NCBI GenBank assembly: GCA_951804945.1
Contig: OX638157.1
Span: 50,530,001 to 50,594,000, forward strand
Source: Podarcis cretensis
Taxonomy: Eukaryota
Direction: 5' to 3'
DNA: 64,000 bases
Both the position numbers and the translations under genes were made by a program. Shown in pieces: positions 13,580 through 24,989 of this stretch. The stretch's first letter is position 1, and each line of letters opens with the position of its first letter. The notes below the pieces were generated by a model. The model did no database searches. It was not told the DNA's origin and was given only the letters and a program-made list of their open reading frames with translations.

Positions 13580-14383
13580 TTGTCCTGGATCTTAGGCAAG
13601 TCTATTTTACTTTTTTAAATATGGCAACCATACACAAAAGCAATTCCATGAAAATCAGTAGAGAAATTTGAAGTAGCATATCATCAAAAAGTTCCGCAGA
13701 ACACAGTAAAGATTTCTTAGAAATCCTGTATAATTAATGCCACATTAGACAAAAATCTAATTATTTTGTCTTAATACACTAATTAAAATTACTTGCTAAA
13801 ATCTGGCTTACCTCTATGCTTCAGTAGTCTCAATGTGCAGGATCACTTTTCAGAATTGAGCATGGTATAATACAAGTATAGACCCTCTAAAACATTTCCT
13901 AGTTTATGTATTTTCCTCTTCTTTTATTACATTTAACTTTTTATTACATTGGACTGGGCCCTATATATCATCAACTTTTGGCTGAGGGGGGTGGAAAAGG
14001 GGCAGTCCAAAAATGGCTCAGTGTAGGACAGAAATTTCACATACAAGTTCAATCCCAATTATATTCAGTTAAAAGAATCAAGTATCCAAAGCAACAAATG
14101 AAAAAGATCAGGTAGGAGTGAAATATCTCTACCGGGCCAGTGAACACATATATTTATGGAAAAGCTATTTTGGGAGAATTAGTAATACTAATTTTGGGAA
14201 CATCTACTGGGGGAGGCTGTGCATCAGAGAAAGAAGTGGCTACAAATACCTTGCTTATTTTGGGAAATTTCAGCCAAAACCAATGATAACTAATATTAGT
14301 GTGCTAGCTACAGAAAACTAGCAATAAGCAGACTGTTTAAGAGTTAAAGAAAAAGTGTTCATAATTTTATGTGCCATGGCAGA

Positions 14384-14392
14384 AACACACAT

Positions 14393-14463
<71 letters not shown>

Positions 14464-14472
14464 GCACACACA
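14384..14472. repeat. compound (AC)n(AG)n(AGAC)n microsatellite
   Basis: direct reading. Confidence 0.95.
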
Positions 14473-15011
14473 CTGCCTAGACCATATACGGTACTTAGCT
14501 GATATTAGAAGAAGGTTAAGGAAGAAAATCACCATGTAGGGAGATACAAGGATCCAGCTTAGCTATGAAGAGCAGGAAGGGGGAAAGTTCAGTTGCAAAG
14601 TGAACTTTCACTAATGTGGCAGTCTGCATGTGGGAGTGAGACACAATTTCTTCTGGGTAGATGGGAGAGACCAGGATCCTAAATTCTCTTGAAGAAGACA
14701 GTCATCCAACATCTTTCCAAACTTACAGTGCTGTACTCCCTTCTTAAGGTTCTCCTTTATACATTTTAATTGGGGTTCCATTTCATCTTCTTATCCTGGT
14801 TCAAACCAAGATATGTATACACAAACAAACTTATCAGTGAACCTCAGCCTAGGTTTTAGCAAAGGTCAAGGCTTAACACAAGTGTCATTACATAACAAAA
14901 CATACACTAAGGAATTTTCCTGGGTCCATCAGAGTCAGATATGTTAAGTCCCCTGTCAAAAAACTTAAAACAAAGTCAAAAGGCTGTCCCTGCTCAACAA
15001 ATCTATGCTCT

Positions 15012-15399
15012 CAGTAGTGTAGCGTGGGCGGGGCCCCGAGCACAAAATTCTTAGAAGCACAAAATTTCAAAAGAAAAATAGAGAAAGCAGTAAGAATAAA
15101 TAAAAAATAGTGCACCCTCCTCCTCACACAGAAAATCTCCCAACGTTTGTGTAGGCAGACTGAAGAGCAGATTTGGGTGGCAGCCAGTTGCTAAGGCACA
15201 CTCTGCATGGGCTTTAGAAAGAAACCTGCTCCTGACCAATCCCGCGTCCCCTTCTCTCCCATGCTCAGTGCTCATGAGGTGTTGCGGCTACCACTCAGAT
15301 AGGTCGCCAAGCTCTTGCATCTTCGTTCCAGCCTATTGGCAGGCAGTGGCGATTATATTTGCCTTGCCTTGGGCACTGGTATCCCATGCTATGCCACTG
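15012..15399. mobile_element. non-autonomous hAT element, CAGTGGCGTAGCGTGGG TIR family
   Basis: TIRs CAGTAGTGTAGCGTGGG / CCCATGCTATGCCACTG; 8-bp flanks TATGCTCT / GGTGCTCT (6/8); right subterminus matches left subterminus of the 55596 element (GGCAAGGCAA). Confidence 0.8.
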
Positions 15400-15557
15400 G
15401 GTGCTCTTGTGCTCCTTGAAAGGGCTTGGCCTCTTTAGAAAATGTAAAAAGAATACTTGGTTTACTTGATGCAAAATATTTATTTATTAAGACTATTTAT
15501 ATCCCACTCTCCATCCTAGGATCTTTGCTTGTACAGAATAAAAAGCAGTAAAACAAG

Positions 15558-15980
15558 TTTATTTGTTTTATTAAATTTGTTAGTCACTTATCTTGTCCAA
15601 GGCGACTTACAACCACATATTCCACCACTGCCCTAAAAACAATATATCAAATAACACCAGTATTATCACCCAAAGGACAGAACAGCTAAATTTCCACATG
15701 GTGGCTGAATACCAATTGTGTGAGTGCCAACTGAATTTCCATGGGGAGGGCCTTCTAGAGTCACAGTGACACCATGAAAATGGCCCAACCGTGTGTTTCC
15801 ACCAAACATACAGTTTCCAGTGATGGGAAATTAAGGAGAGCCTCCAAGGAAGGGCCTCACAGGCAGGAACATAGAGAAAAAAGGTGCTCCAACAAGCATT
15901 TAGATCCTAAGCCATTTAAGGTTTTCTAAATCATTTGTAGAACCTTGAATTCAGAACATAAATGAATTGTTATCCAGTTA
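15558..15980 (-). mobile_element. decayed L2-clade LINE 3' fragment
   Basis: CCAAGGCGACTTACAA tail motif; GGGAGGGCCTTC and AAGCCATTTAAGG..ACCTTGAATT motifs typical of reverse L2 ends. Confidence 0.6.
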
Positions 15981-16999
15981 AAAGGAGCCAATTAAAAGTA
16001 ACAATGTGGTTTTCCTGCATACCTTTGCTGTCTATCCTGTATGTAGGAATTATATCCATTCTTGACATGTCCTTTCCACCATTTCTCTTTCCACTGCACT
16101 CACTGGCTAAACAGCCACTTTCCTAGTAGGAATAGTACTTATACGTTTTGCATGTTAAAATTGCCTATGTGAGGTAATTTTGTAACAGCTAATTAAAGTT
16201 ATTTACTCTAGTAACAGTCTCCCATTTGGGCTGTAAACTCTGTAAAACTTAACATTTTCGTTCCCCCCAACAGATATTAATTGGCCTTCTGGATGATGTT
16301 GAGTAAAGCACATATTTTTTACACTGCTTACAACACTTCAAATGTTGAGGTCAGCACTAACTTCATGTGAAACTACCATATGCAATTTTCATGTCATAGC
16401 AGAAATAAGGGGAATGCCAATTTGATCCTAGTAATAGATGGTATTACTTTCATGAAAGATTATAGTTCTTCTGTAAAGCAGTTCATTAAATCGTAATGTC
16501 ACAAGAGGTAGGTTAAGGGGTATCTAAAATACAGTATTTCTAGTAAAACTCGGTGCTTCTAGCAACAATTGGTTTTATCCCAAACAGGGTATGTAGTATT
16601 AATAATTCACTTGAATTTATGATACACAAAAGTCCTTCAATGTTTTAAAATTGAGATGAAATGAGGTCAGTAAAGACATAATTTCTTTCTCCATTAAGAT
16701 AATGGCTATTCAGCAGCTATAGGCAAGTAAGTATTGTGTGCTGAAAAAAGTAACCAGAAAATATAGTTATAAGTTAGTGGGTGCATGACACACTAAATTC
16801 CAGATCAAGCTAGTCACTAGCTAGTGTCTTGCACCCACCAACTTCTTTAATCCTAGGGAATCAACAAGTGTTAAGAGCTAATTTCCATTTGAGGTGATAG
16901 CCTTGGGGTGTGCAATTAAGACAACACAAAGGATCAATGGCAAATCCCATTTGCAAATAAGCTACCTCCTTCCATCAGAGTTAGTTTAAAAGACAATGA

Positions 17000-17329
17000 C
17001 AGTGTTTGGGGGGAGAGTTTAAGATTACAGTTAGGAGTTATGCAATGGGCATACTAAGCAGTGGGCAGGAGAGTCTGAGAGCAGCCTTTGAGAGCAATGG
17101 TTGGAGTCTGCTTAAGTCCAAGGCTGCTGTGGCTATGGGAGAAGCCAGAACTTCATGGGGTGTCAATGCTGTGAACTCCTCCATCATAGGCTGAGGTTGT
17201 ATATATGGGTAATAAACCATATATCACAAAGTCAGCAAAGTCTGCCCTGTGCCTCATTTTCCAAAAGGAAGCACACCTGGGACTCCCTGGAATCTTGCAC
17301 CGCTCAGAAATTGGGGGTGGCATGGAACA
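17000..17329 (+). mobile_element. partial solo LTR
   Basis: TGTATATAT..AATAAA signal followed by U5-like segment ending GGAACA; resembles a lacertid LTR family from recall; 5' TG and TSD not identified. Confidence 0.45.
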
Positions 17330-20261
17330 ATATTGTGTGTGGCATAAAGTAACCAGTGCCGTTTAAAATTGTTCTCTCTCTTTTTAACGCAATCTCATGT
17401 TAAAATAAGTGTATCACTTCACCTCTGAAGTGTGATGTTTAAATGACAAGAAGCCACAATACAGCAAAATATCTATAGAATTTTTATTTTAAAAAAATGT
17501 AATTTGAGGAATAGGGAATTTTATAGATCTATTTTTGCTCAAAATACTTCGATTCGCAGTAGAGATATTTCCATTCTAGTACTCATCTAACAGTACAACA
17601 AATTCTAAGAGCACAGTCTTTAAGAACCCTTTATACAAGTTTTTCTTTCCCCCTGCATTTATACTACTGCTGTCACCAGCGCTGCTATCCCATTTTTGCT
17701 ATGTGCAAAGCAGCAGTGGAAAGCCTTTGGAATCACTAAGGGGAAAGAGGCCATGCCCCATTTAAAGATGGTTACAATGAGTGACTTGGCATGTGTATTT
17801 AACATACCATAACTGCTGTTTCTGAGCTCTGCTTTCCACTATACATGATTTCATATGTGTGAGATATAACATGTCTTGCCATATGAGATTAAAAAAAATA
17901 GGAAGAACAGGAACAGGAATTAAGAAAACAGGACAGGAATTAAGAAAAGCAGAACTCTTAAAAGGTGCACCTCAAGCTCAGAGTTTCCAGCTTCACAGCT
18001 CTTTTTCAGGAGTAACAGAACCAGTTATTTGCTTTGGAAGCTACCATATAGATTTGTTTTAGCTGGTTCAATCTGGTTCAATGGGCCTTGAAAAGGAGTC
18101 ACCTGCGAAACCAAAATGCATTGTGACTTAATAAATTGCTTGAAGACAAGCTTTTGAGATTTATTCTTCTCTTTGTTTAAGTATCACCATAGTAACACAA
18201 TTCAGCGCAATCATATAAGCAAAAGAGCAGCCCCTGGCAGTATTTCACTAACAGAGTATCAAGATGCCTGCTGCTTATGGCAACACTTAAGACACATCCA
18301 CTCTTTTGCTTGACTTCTGTTTTGATCGTATTGTGCAACAATTAATTTCCCTGGGCCCCAAAGTATTTTGGAATGTGCCTTGAGAAAATCTGATCTTACC
18401 CACTAAGTTAAGCAAAATCTCGCTTCGGATTTTTCATGCATCTGATAAGATCTGATTCAGCTGGTAAGATCGAATTTTCGCAAGGTGTAGCTATAGAAGA
18501 AGAAAAGCTCACAGACCAAGGGGAATTGATTGGTATAATATATTGGTCAAGCGAAAGTATAGCTGAGCCCTACTTAAGGAACATGGGGGAAACACCAAAG
18601 AGAAAAAGAAGGTGGTGCTATGCTAAGATATTTTAAATCCATATTCTCCCCCCACCCCCACCCCCCAAAAAACCCCAAACTTATCACATTGAAGTAATGC
18701 AAGGAACTGGGGTTAATTAAAAAGTCAAAAAGTAATTTCATCTGATAGATCCACATTGTGTTATATAACTACTGAAATGAGATAGAATAGAATAGCTACA
18801 TTACAGTAATAAACTGCTCTTTTGAAATGTTTGTTTTTGATTCCTCTTCCCATTTTGCCAGCATGATTTCTAGGGTGGGAGAAAGATGAGATGGAGAGGG
18901 ATTTGCCATCATTCAATAAAATTATAGGGTTAATCAGATTGAAATGACTAAATATAGAATCCTTATAATCATCAAAGAAATCTTGGAGCTGAATTGGCGC
19001 ACATGCTCATCCTGGCTCAAAATTATTCAATACAGAGTGGATCAAAAGGGCTACTTTAGCAAAGGTTTCACAATCACCTCCTTTAAGATAATTGGGACTA
19101 TACCCGCCCTTAAAGAATTTACTACCCCTGTTACTTAATATCAGTCAATCAACCTGTGGCTGGTTTAGGCAACCAGAAGGATGAAGAATTGAGTACCCAA
19201 GTAGTCAATTTCCCACTTAGGCTGCAGTTTTATACAACCTTACTACTGAACTCAATGGGGCTTACTTCTGAACTCATATGCATAGGGTTGTGCTGTCAAG
19301 GAGCTTTGAAAATCTATGATTCATCATCTTTTGGGAGGACACAGACTGGAGGAATATAGCCTAAAATTAGATAGTTGAAAGAGGCGCTTATGTAGGTTGA
19401 CAGAATCAGGTTGATCCACCTTTATACTTCATGCCACAATTTTAAGATAAAACCAAAATTAGATAATTGGATTGACTTGTGATTTTAGCATCACTTGTTG
19501 CCAGAAAAATCTACAATTGAGAAATTTGCCTTCATACCAGTGGAATAGAAATGCCTCCCCGCCCTCCTTAATTCATCTTGTTACAAATATTCTTTCTAGC
19601 AGGATGTTTTTAAATGACATTCTATCTATATTTAATTAGTCAACATGAAGCATGTTTTAATAAAACCTTCACAATGTGTCTGTATTGATGCAGTGCAGCT
19701 TTTAATTTAGTTGCACTGTTATAGTATTAATAGGTTACAGCTGTAATCCTAAACACACTTGCTAGGCAGCAAACCCCATTGGACATAGTGGAACATCCTT
19801 CTGAGACTACACAGGAATGCAGCCTGTTTATGGAACAAATATCTGCCAGAATTAGGGAAACTCGCTTAAAAGAGCAGTACAACAGAAAGCTCTGATTGGT
19901 GTAACAGAGTTAGAATAAGAGAATTTTTGGAGCCAGCATATGTATGTTTAGGTACCCTCCTTCTGCCTCAAGATAGTATAATGCTTTTCAATAATTAATG
20001 CAATTGGCTGACTTATCGATAAAGAAATTGGACGGTGGCATACAGAGGGAGGCAGGGTTGGTGCCACTAGCAGCTGTTTCCACTCACTCTCTAATCAAGC
20101 CTGAAGAGCAGCAGGTAGCAGCATTTCAAACAGGAACATGCACAGGGAGGCAAAGCCAAGCAGGAATCAGCCTCAACCAAGAGGTTCCAAAGGACTACAC
20201 TTTCTTTACTGGGAGAATCGACAACTACAGATGAGTTAGTGGCTGCTGTCCTAGGGAATTA

Positions 20262-20520
20262 CCGTATTTTTCACTCTACGAGACACACCAGACCACAAGA
20301 TGCACCTAGTTTTTGGAGGAGGAAAACAAGAAAAAAAATATTCTGAATCTCAGAAGCCAGAACAGCAAGAGGGATCGCTGCGCAGTGAAAGCAGAAATCC
20401 CTCTTGCTGTTCTGGCTTCTGGGATAGCTGCGCAGCCTGCATTCGCTCCATAAGACGTACAGACATTTCCCCTTACTTTTTAGGAGGGAAAAAGTGAGTC
20501 TTTTAGAGCAAAAAATACGG
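20262..20520. mobile_element. Tc1/mariner-superfamily MITE (CCGTATTT TIR)
   Basis: TA|CCGTATTTTT ... AAAAATACGG|TA; internal hairpin CAGAAGCCAGAACAGCAAGAGGGA / TCCCTCTTGCTGTTCTGGCTTCTG. Confidence 0.9.
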
Positions 20521-20834
20521 TATGTAGCAATGGCAGCCAAAGGAGAGCAACTATGCCATGCCATTTCCTTCCCACTGCATGGTGTATACTAGAACTTACA
20601 CCTGTCCCTTACACTGTTATTCCAGGAGATTGTATTTAAAAGCATTTGGGCCAGTTATAATTAAGCCTTTCCCAGGGAAGGAATCGGCACAGTCTTTTTT
20701 CTTTCTATAAGTTATTAATTCAGCCTCACTTATGGTGTTTATACCTATGTTACTTGATCTGTGATCTTTATACCTACACTTTAAATAAGTCAAAAAAATT
20801 GGTCCATCCAATATTTGTGCCAGTGTTGTCTGTG

Positions 20835-20967
20835 CCAGGGATAACCAATGTGGTTTCCTCCTGATGGACCACAACTACCATTTGTCCCAGTCAGCATGGT
20901 CAATGCTCAGGAATGATGGGAGCTGTAGTCCAACAACATCTGCAGGGTACCACATTGCCCAGTTTGG
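20835..20967. mobile_element. old hAT-type palindromic MITE
   Basis: GGACCACAACTACCAT...ATGGGAGCTGTAGTCC arms; same family as 9055 and 41193. Confidence 0.65.
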
Positions 20968-23900
20968 GTCTAAATTGACAGGCAATGGTTCTTGAAGGTT
21001 TTAGACAGAGGGCATTCCCAAGGCATGCTGGGGATCTTCTCCAGACAAAGCAGATGCTCTACAGCTGTTCCCTAGCAGCTAGGAAATGCAGGCTTCTTTA
21101 TTCTCCTACCTGCAGCAGCACAAAGCTCCTTCTCCTCTTCACCCCCCCACCTCCTGCTGCAGGAAGTGTCAGAAAGAAGTGTGCATTTTACAGGCTTTCT
21201 TTGAGTGTGTGAACTTGTTCCATGAATAGAAGGAAACCCTTCTTCATCACCTAAGGAGTAGGGGTTAACACCTGCTGCACACACAGGATTTAACTCTGTC
21301 CTCTCACCCCTCAAATGAAGTCACTAGTGTGTACAAAGCTTTGTACTGGGAAATTCCTTTAAGGTGGCATTAGAGGAGAGCAGAGGGGAACATTTGCAGA
21401 GTAATTCCCTGACTCCATCTGGCTCTTTCAATGTGAGAGCAGCCATAAAGGGTCAAGGCACAAGTGCTAACACTTAAGATCTGATCTAGTTTATTAATAA
21501 ACTTTTGCTGCTGCGACTGTTGAAAAGAAATCCAAGAAGTTTTTTTATATATAATTTAAAAAAATCACAATTCCCATTGATATTTTTCATTATCTTCAGA
21601 AAGGTGGAAGTGGTACAAACCTTTTGCATATTTATGCTGCTACCTGGAGTGGTGGGAAATGGCTTGAACTCAGTGGATAAAAAGCATGTCCAGAGGGGAA
21701 GAGAAGCCCAGAAAAGTCATTGTGAAGGTAATGATGGCATAAAGAGGAATATCAGAACTGTGTGTTCAGTTTTGGTTTTCAAATAGCCAAAAAGCTGGCT
21801 CCACCAGGTAGGTGATGAGAGCGGCAGATAAGAGAAGAGTGGTCAAAGAAATGCATTAGTTTGTCAGTAGCTATTTGTGTATAATTCTAACCAACTTGTC
21901 CTTGGAATGCAGTATTGTCCTCTTTTCTACATGATCTTTCTAAAAACTAAGCAATTCACTTTGGAAACCTATTCGACAGTGTAGACGAAATAAATTCCTG
22001 AGATAGTTCCATGTCAAAGAAACTATACAGAAATGGATTTGACTGCATTTGTGTGACAAATGTAGTGGACCATAGATCAAACAAATAGGGGGGTAGCAAA
22101 GGTGTTTTCCTCTAATTTTACAATTCACAAAGCAAACCTCTATTAAGACATCATGGCTTGCCTTGACAAATGCCAGTTGTTCTCTATTGCAAGTTATGAA
22201 TGCATGGGGTTTCTATGTGTAATGTATGAGTGGACCATATATACATTGAAAACAGAGTGTGGATAGACTTTTAAAAAGCACATAGGCAAGTAGGAAGATT
22301 ATAACTCATTTGGAAGTTTTACTGAGGTAATGGTTTTGTTGTTGAATTGGTAGCTCCGCATTTTCTGAACAGTGTCACCAGATTCTGAATGCCTGGCTTG
22401 AATAACATCTGAAGTGTTTCAAGTAAAGCAAGAAAGAATGAGGTAACATCAACAATTTTTTTGAGGAAGGCATGAATAGCAGTTTTCTGACTAGTATAGC
22501 AGATCTAATTAAACTAGAATAATACATGGCAATGTAATCTTACACATGTTTATTCAGTCCATTGTGTTTATGGTGTTTATTCCAAAGTAAGTGTGCACAG
22601 AATTGCTGCCTATGCCTTAAATCCTAAATACCCTTACCTAGGGGGGGAAATCCCATTGGAAAAAATAGGATTTACTTTTGAGTAGACATGTGCAAACTTT
22701 CACTGTGTGAATGTCAACAAGCTGTCACCTAAGATATAAGCATTTTACTTTCTGCTAATATTGCCACCATATATATGAATATTGCTTGCCCAAAATATTG
22801 TAGAACCTATACACATGGACATATTGGGTAACAATTAAAAGACAAGTATGAAAAACAGTCAAATGATAATACAAGCTGTTTATTACATGAAACCAATTTC
22901 ATTGTTCAGATCAAAAATATAAAGTACATGATTCATTTTTTGAAATTTATGAGGAAACGGTAGCTATTAACATGCAAAGAAATATGAATTAAGTACCTCC
23001 TGTTTAAATTAAAGTCCATTTTTCATGGCTAGTGCTACAGTATCTATTCCATAGATATTCAATTGTTTCATTTATATTTCTGTAGTTTTTGCTTTGGCAT
23101 TGAAATTGTTAAACTTGTCTCATCTCTTCTCATTACCAGAATATTTCATAGGTAAATCTACTCAAGAAAGCTATTGTGCTTTCTGATCAAAGTGGAAATT
23201 GATGCTAGGGTATAATAAGCAATTTAATTTTTAATGAGCTTATTTAGGCCCAAGGTTATAAGAAAGGTTACAAGGTGCAAAAACAACCTAAACAAAAATA
23301 ACAACAAAATCCTGCTCCAGAACACTAATGACAGTGTCCAAAATTTGATCAGGGTGGAATAAAATTTAGCAGAAATCATTTAATATTGCACTACTGTATT
23401 TTCTTTTTTTCAGAACTGTGACTAAGAATGAGCAATGTATAGCATATTAAACAATACTGGAACACATAAAATGTGAGGGGCTATTTTTCTTCAAAGAAGT
23501 CAGCTAACCAATTTGTTGAATTTAACTTTTCAAAGTGCATGTTCAAAAGCTTGTATTGTGGTTTGTTAACCCTGTATTACCTCTCAAATCTTTACAGAGA
23601 AGCAGATTCTTTGACATCGGAGTCTATCTTCAGGAAATTTTATTTTTAAAGCAAAAAATTGAATTTGGTATGTGGCCTTTAACAGAAAGGGCTATTTATG
23701 CTGCAGCTAAGAGGACTTCATTCTGCAGCATTCCCACCAGCTACACATAAAGAGTAGCAGGATGTGAAGCAGAGCCTAAGAGGAAGGTAGGATCATGTAG
23801 CAGCAGCTAGTTCCCGTGTTCCCAAATCATGTTTGGCTTTAGAGGAGATAACCAGCACTCTGAACTGAAATCGCATGAAGATCAAATAAAGAACAGTACC

Positions 23901-24018
23901 CCAACCTGTCTATGATCAAGGTATGTTCAACAGTACCTGCATTTTCTCCTCTAGAAAAACAATCCAACAGCAAACCATGGACTATGGCTGGTATGTTGAA
24001 ACTAACCATACTTTAGTA

Positions 24019-24382
24019 AAAGGTAAAGGTAAAGGTACCCCTGCCCGTACGGGCCAGTCTTGACAGACTCTGGGGTTGTGCGCCCATCTCACTTAAGAGG
24101 CCAGGGGCCAGCGCTGTCCGGAGACACTTCCGGGTCACGTGGCCAGCGTGACATCGCTGCTCTGGCGAGCCAGAGCCGCACACGGAAACGCCGTTTACCT
24201 TCCCGCTGGTAAGCGGTCCCTATTTATCTACTTGCACCCGGAGGTGCTTTCGAGCTGCTAGGTTGGCAGGCGCTGGGACCGAGCAGCGGGAGCGCACCCC
24301 GCCGCAGGGATTCGAACCGCCGACCTTTCGATCGGCAAGCCCTAGGCGCTGAGGCTTTAACCCACAGCGCCACCTGCGTCCC
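24019..24382 (-). mobile_element. young Sauria (Squam1) SINE
   Basis: full length, CpG-rich; perfect 15-bp TSD AACCATACTTTAGTA (24004-24018, 24383-24397). Confidence 0.96.
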
Positions 24383-24763
24383 AACCATACTTTAGTATTA
24401 TACTGTAATCCCCAGTTCAGGTGCCATGGGGTTTACTAACCGCAAAGGGCAAAGCTTCCAAAATCGTCTTCTCAGCTGTGCTGGACTATGGTTATTCACT
24501 GTCAGCATTGCATATATAATAGCAGACTGAGGTAAGTCAGTAGTCAGGACCCTTCAGATCAAACAACAAACTAGAAGGCAAGGAGTGGGACTCATGTAAT
24601 AGGACTGGGGGCCATAGCGTTACCAATTTGGGGTGGGTGGTTCTATTCCATGCCTTGGTAGTGAGCTTATGCTGCCCCTCAGGACCAGTACGGCCACCAT
24701 GCTGTTTATCTATATAAAGTTGTTTGGGTAGGACATTCTGGGTTTGGGGTTCTGTCACCAATA

Positions 24764-24989
24764 CAGTGGTACCTCGGGTTAAGTACTTAATTCGTTCCAG
24801 AGGTCCATTCATAACCTGAAACTGTTCTTAACCTGAAGCACCACTTTAGCTAATGGGGCCTCCCGCTGCCGCCGCGCCGCCGCTGCACGATTTCTGTTCT
24901 TATCCTGAAACTAAATTCTTAACCCGAGGTACTATTTCTGGGTTAGCGGAGTCTATAACCTGAAGTGTATGTTACCCGAGGTACCACTG
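24764..24989 (-). mobile_element. Tigger/pogo-type MITE, family A
   Basis: TA|CAGTGGTACCTCGGGT ... ACCCGAGGTACCACTG|TA. Confidence 0.93.
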
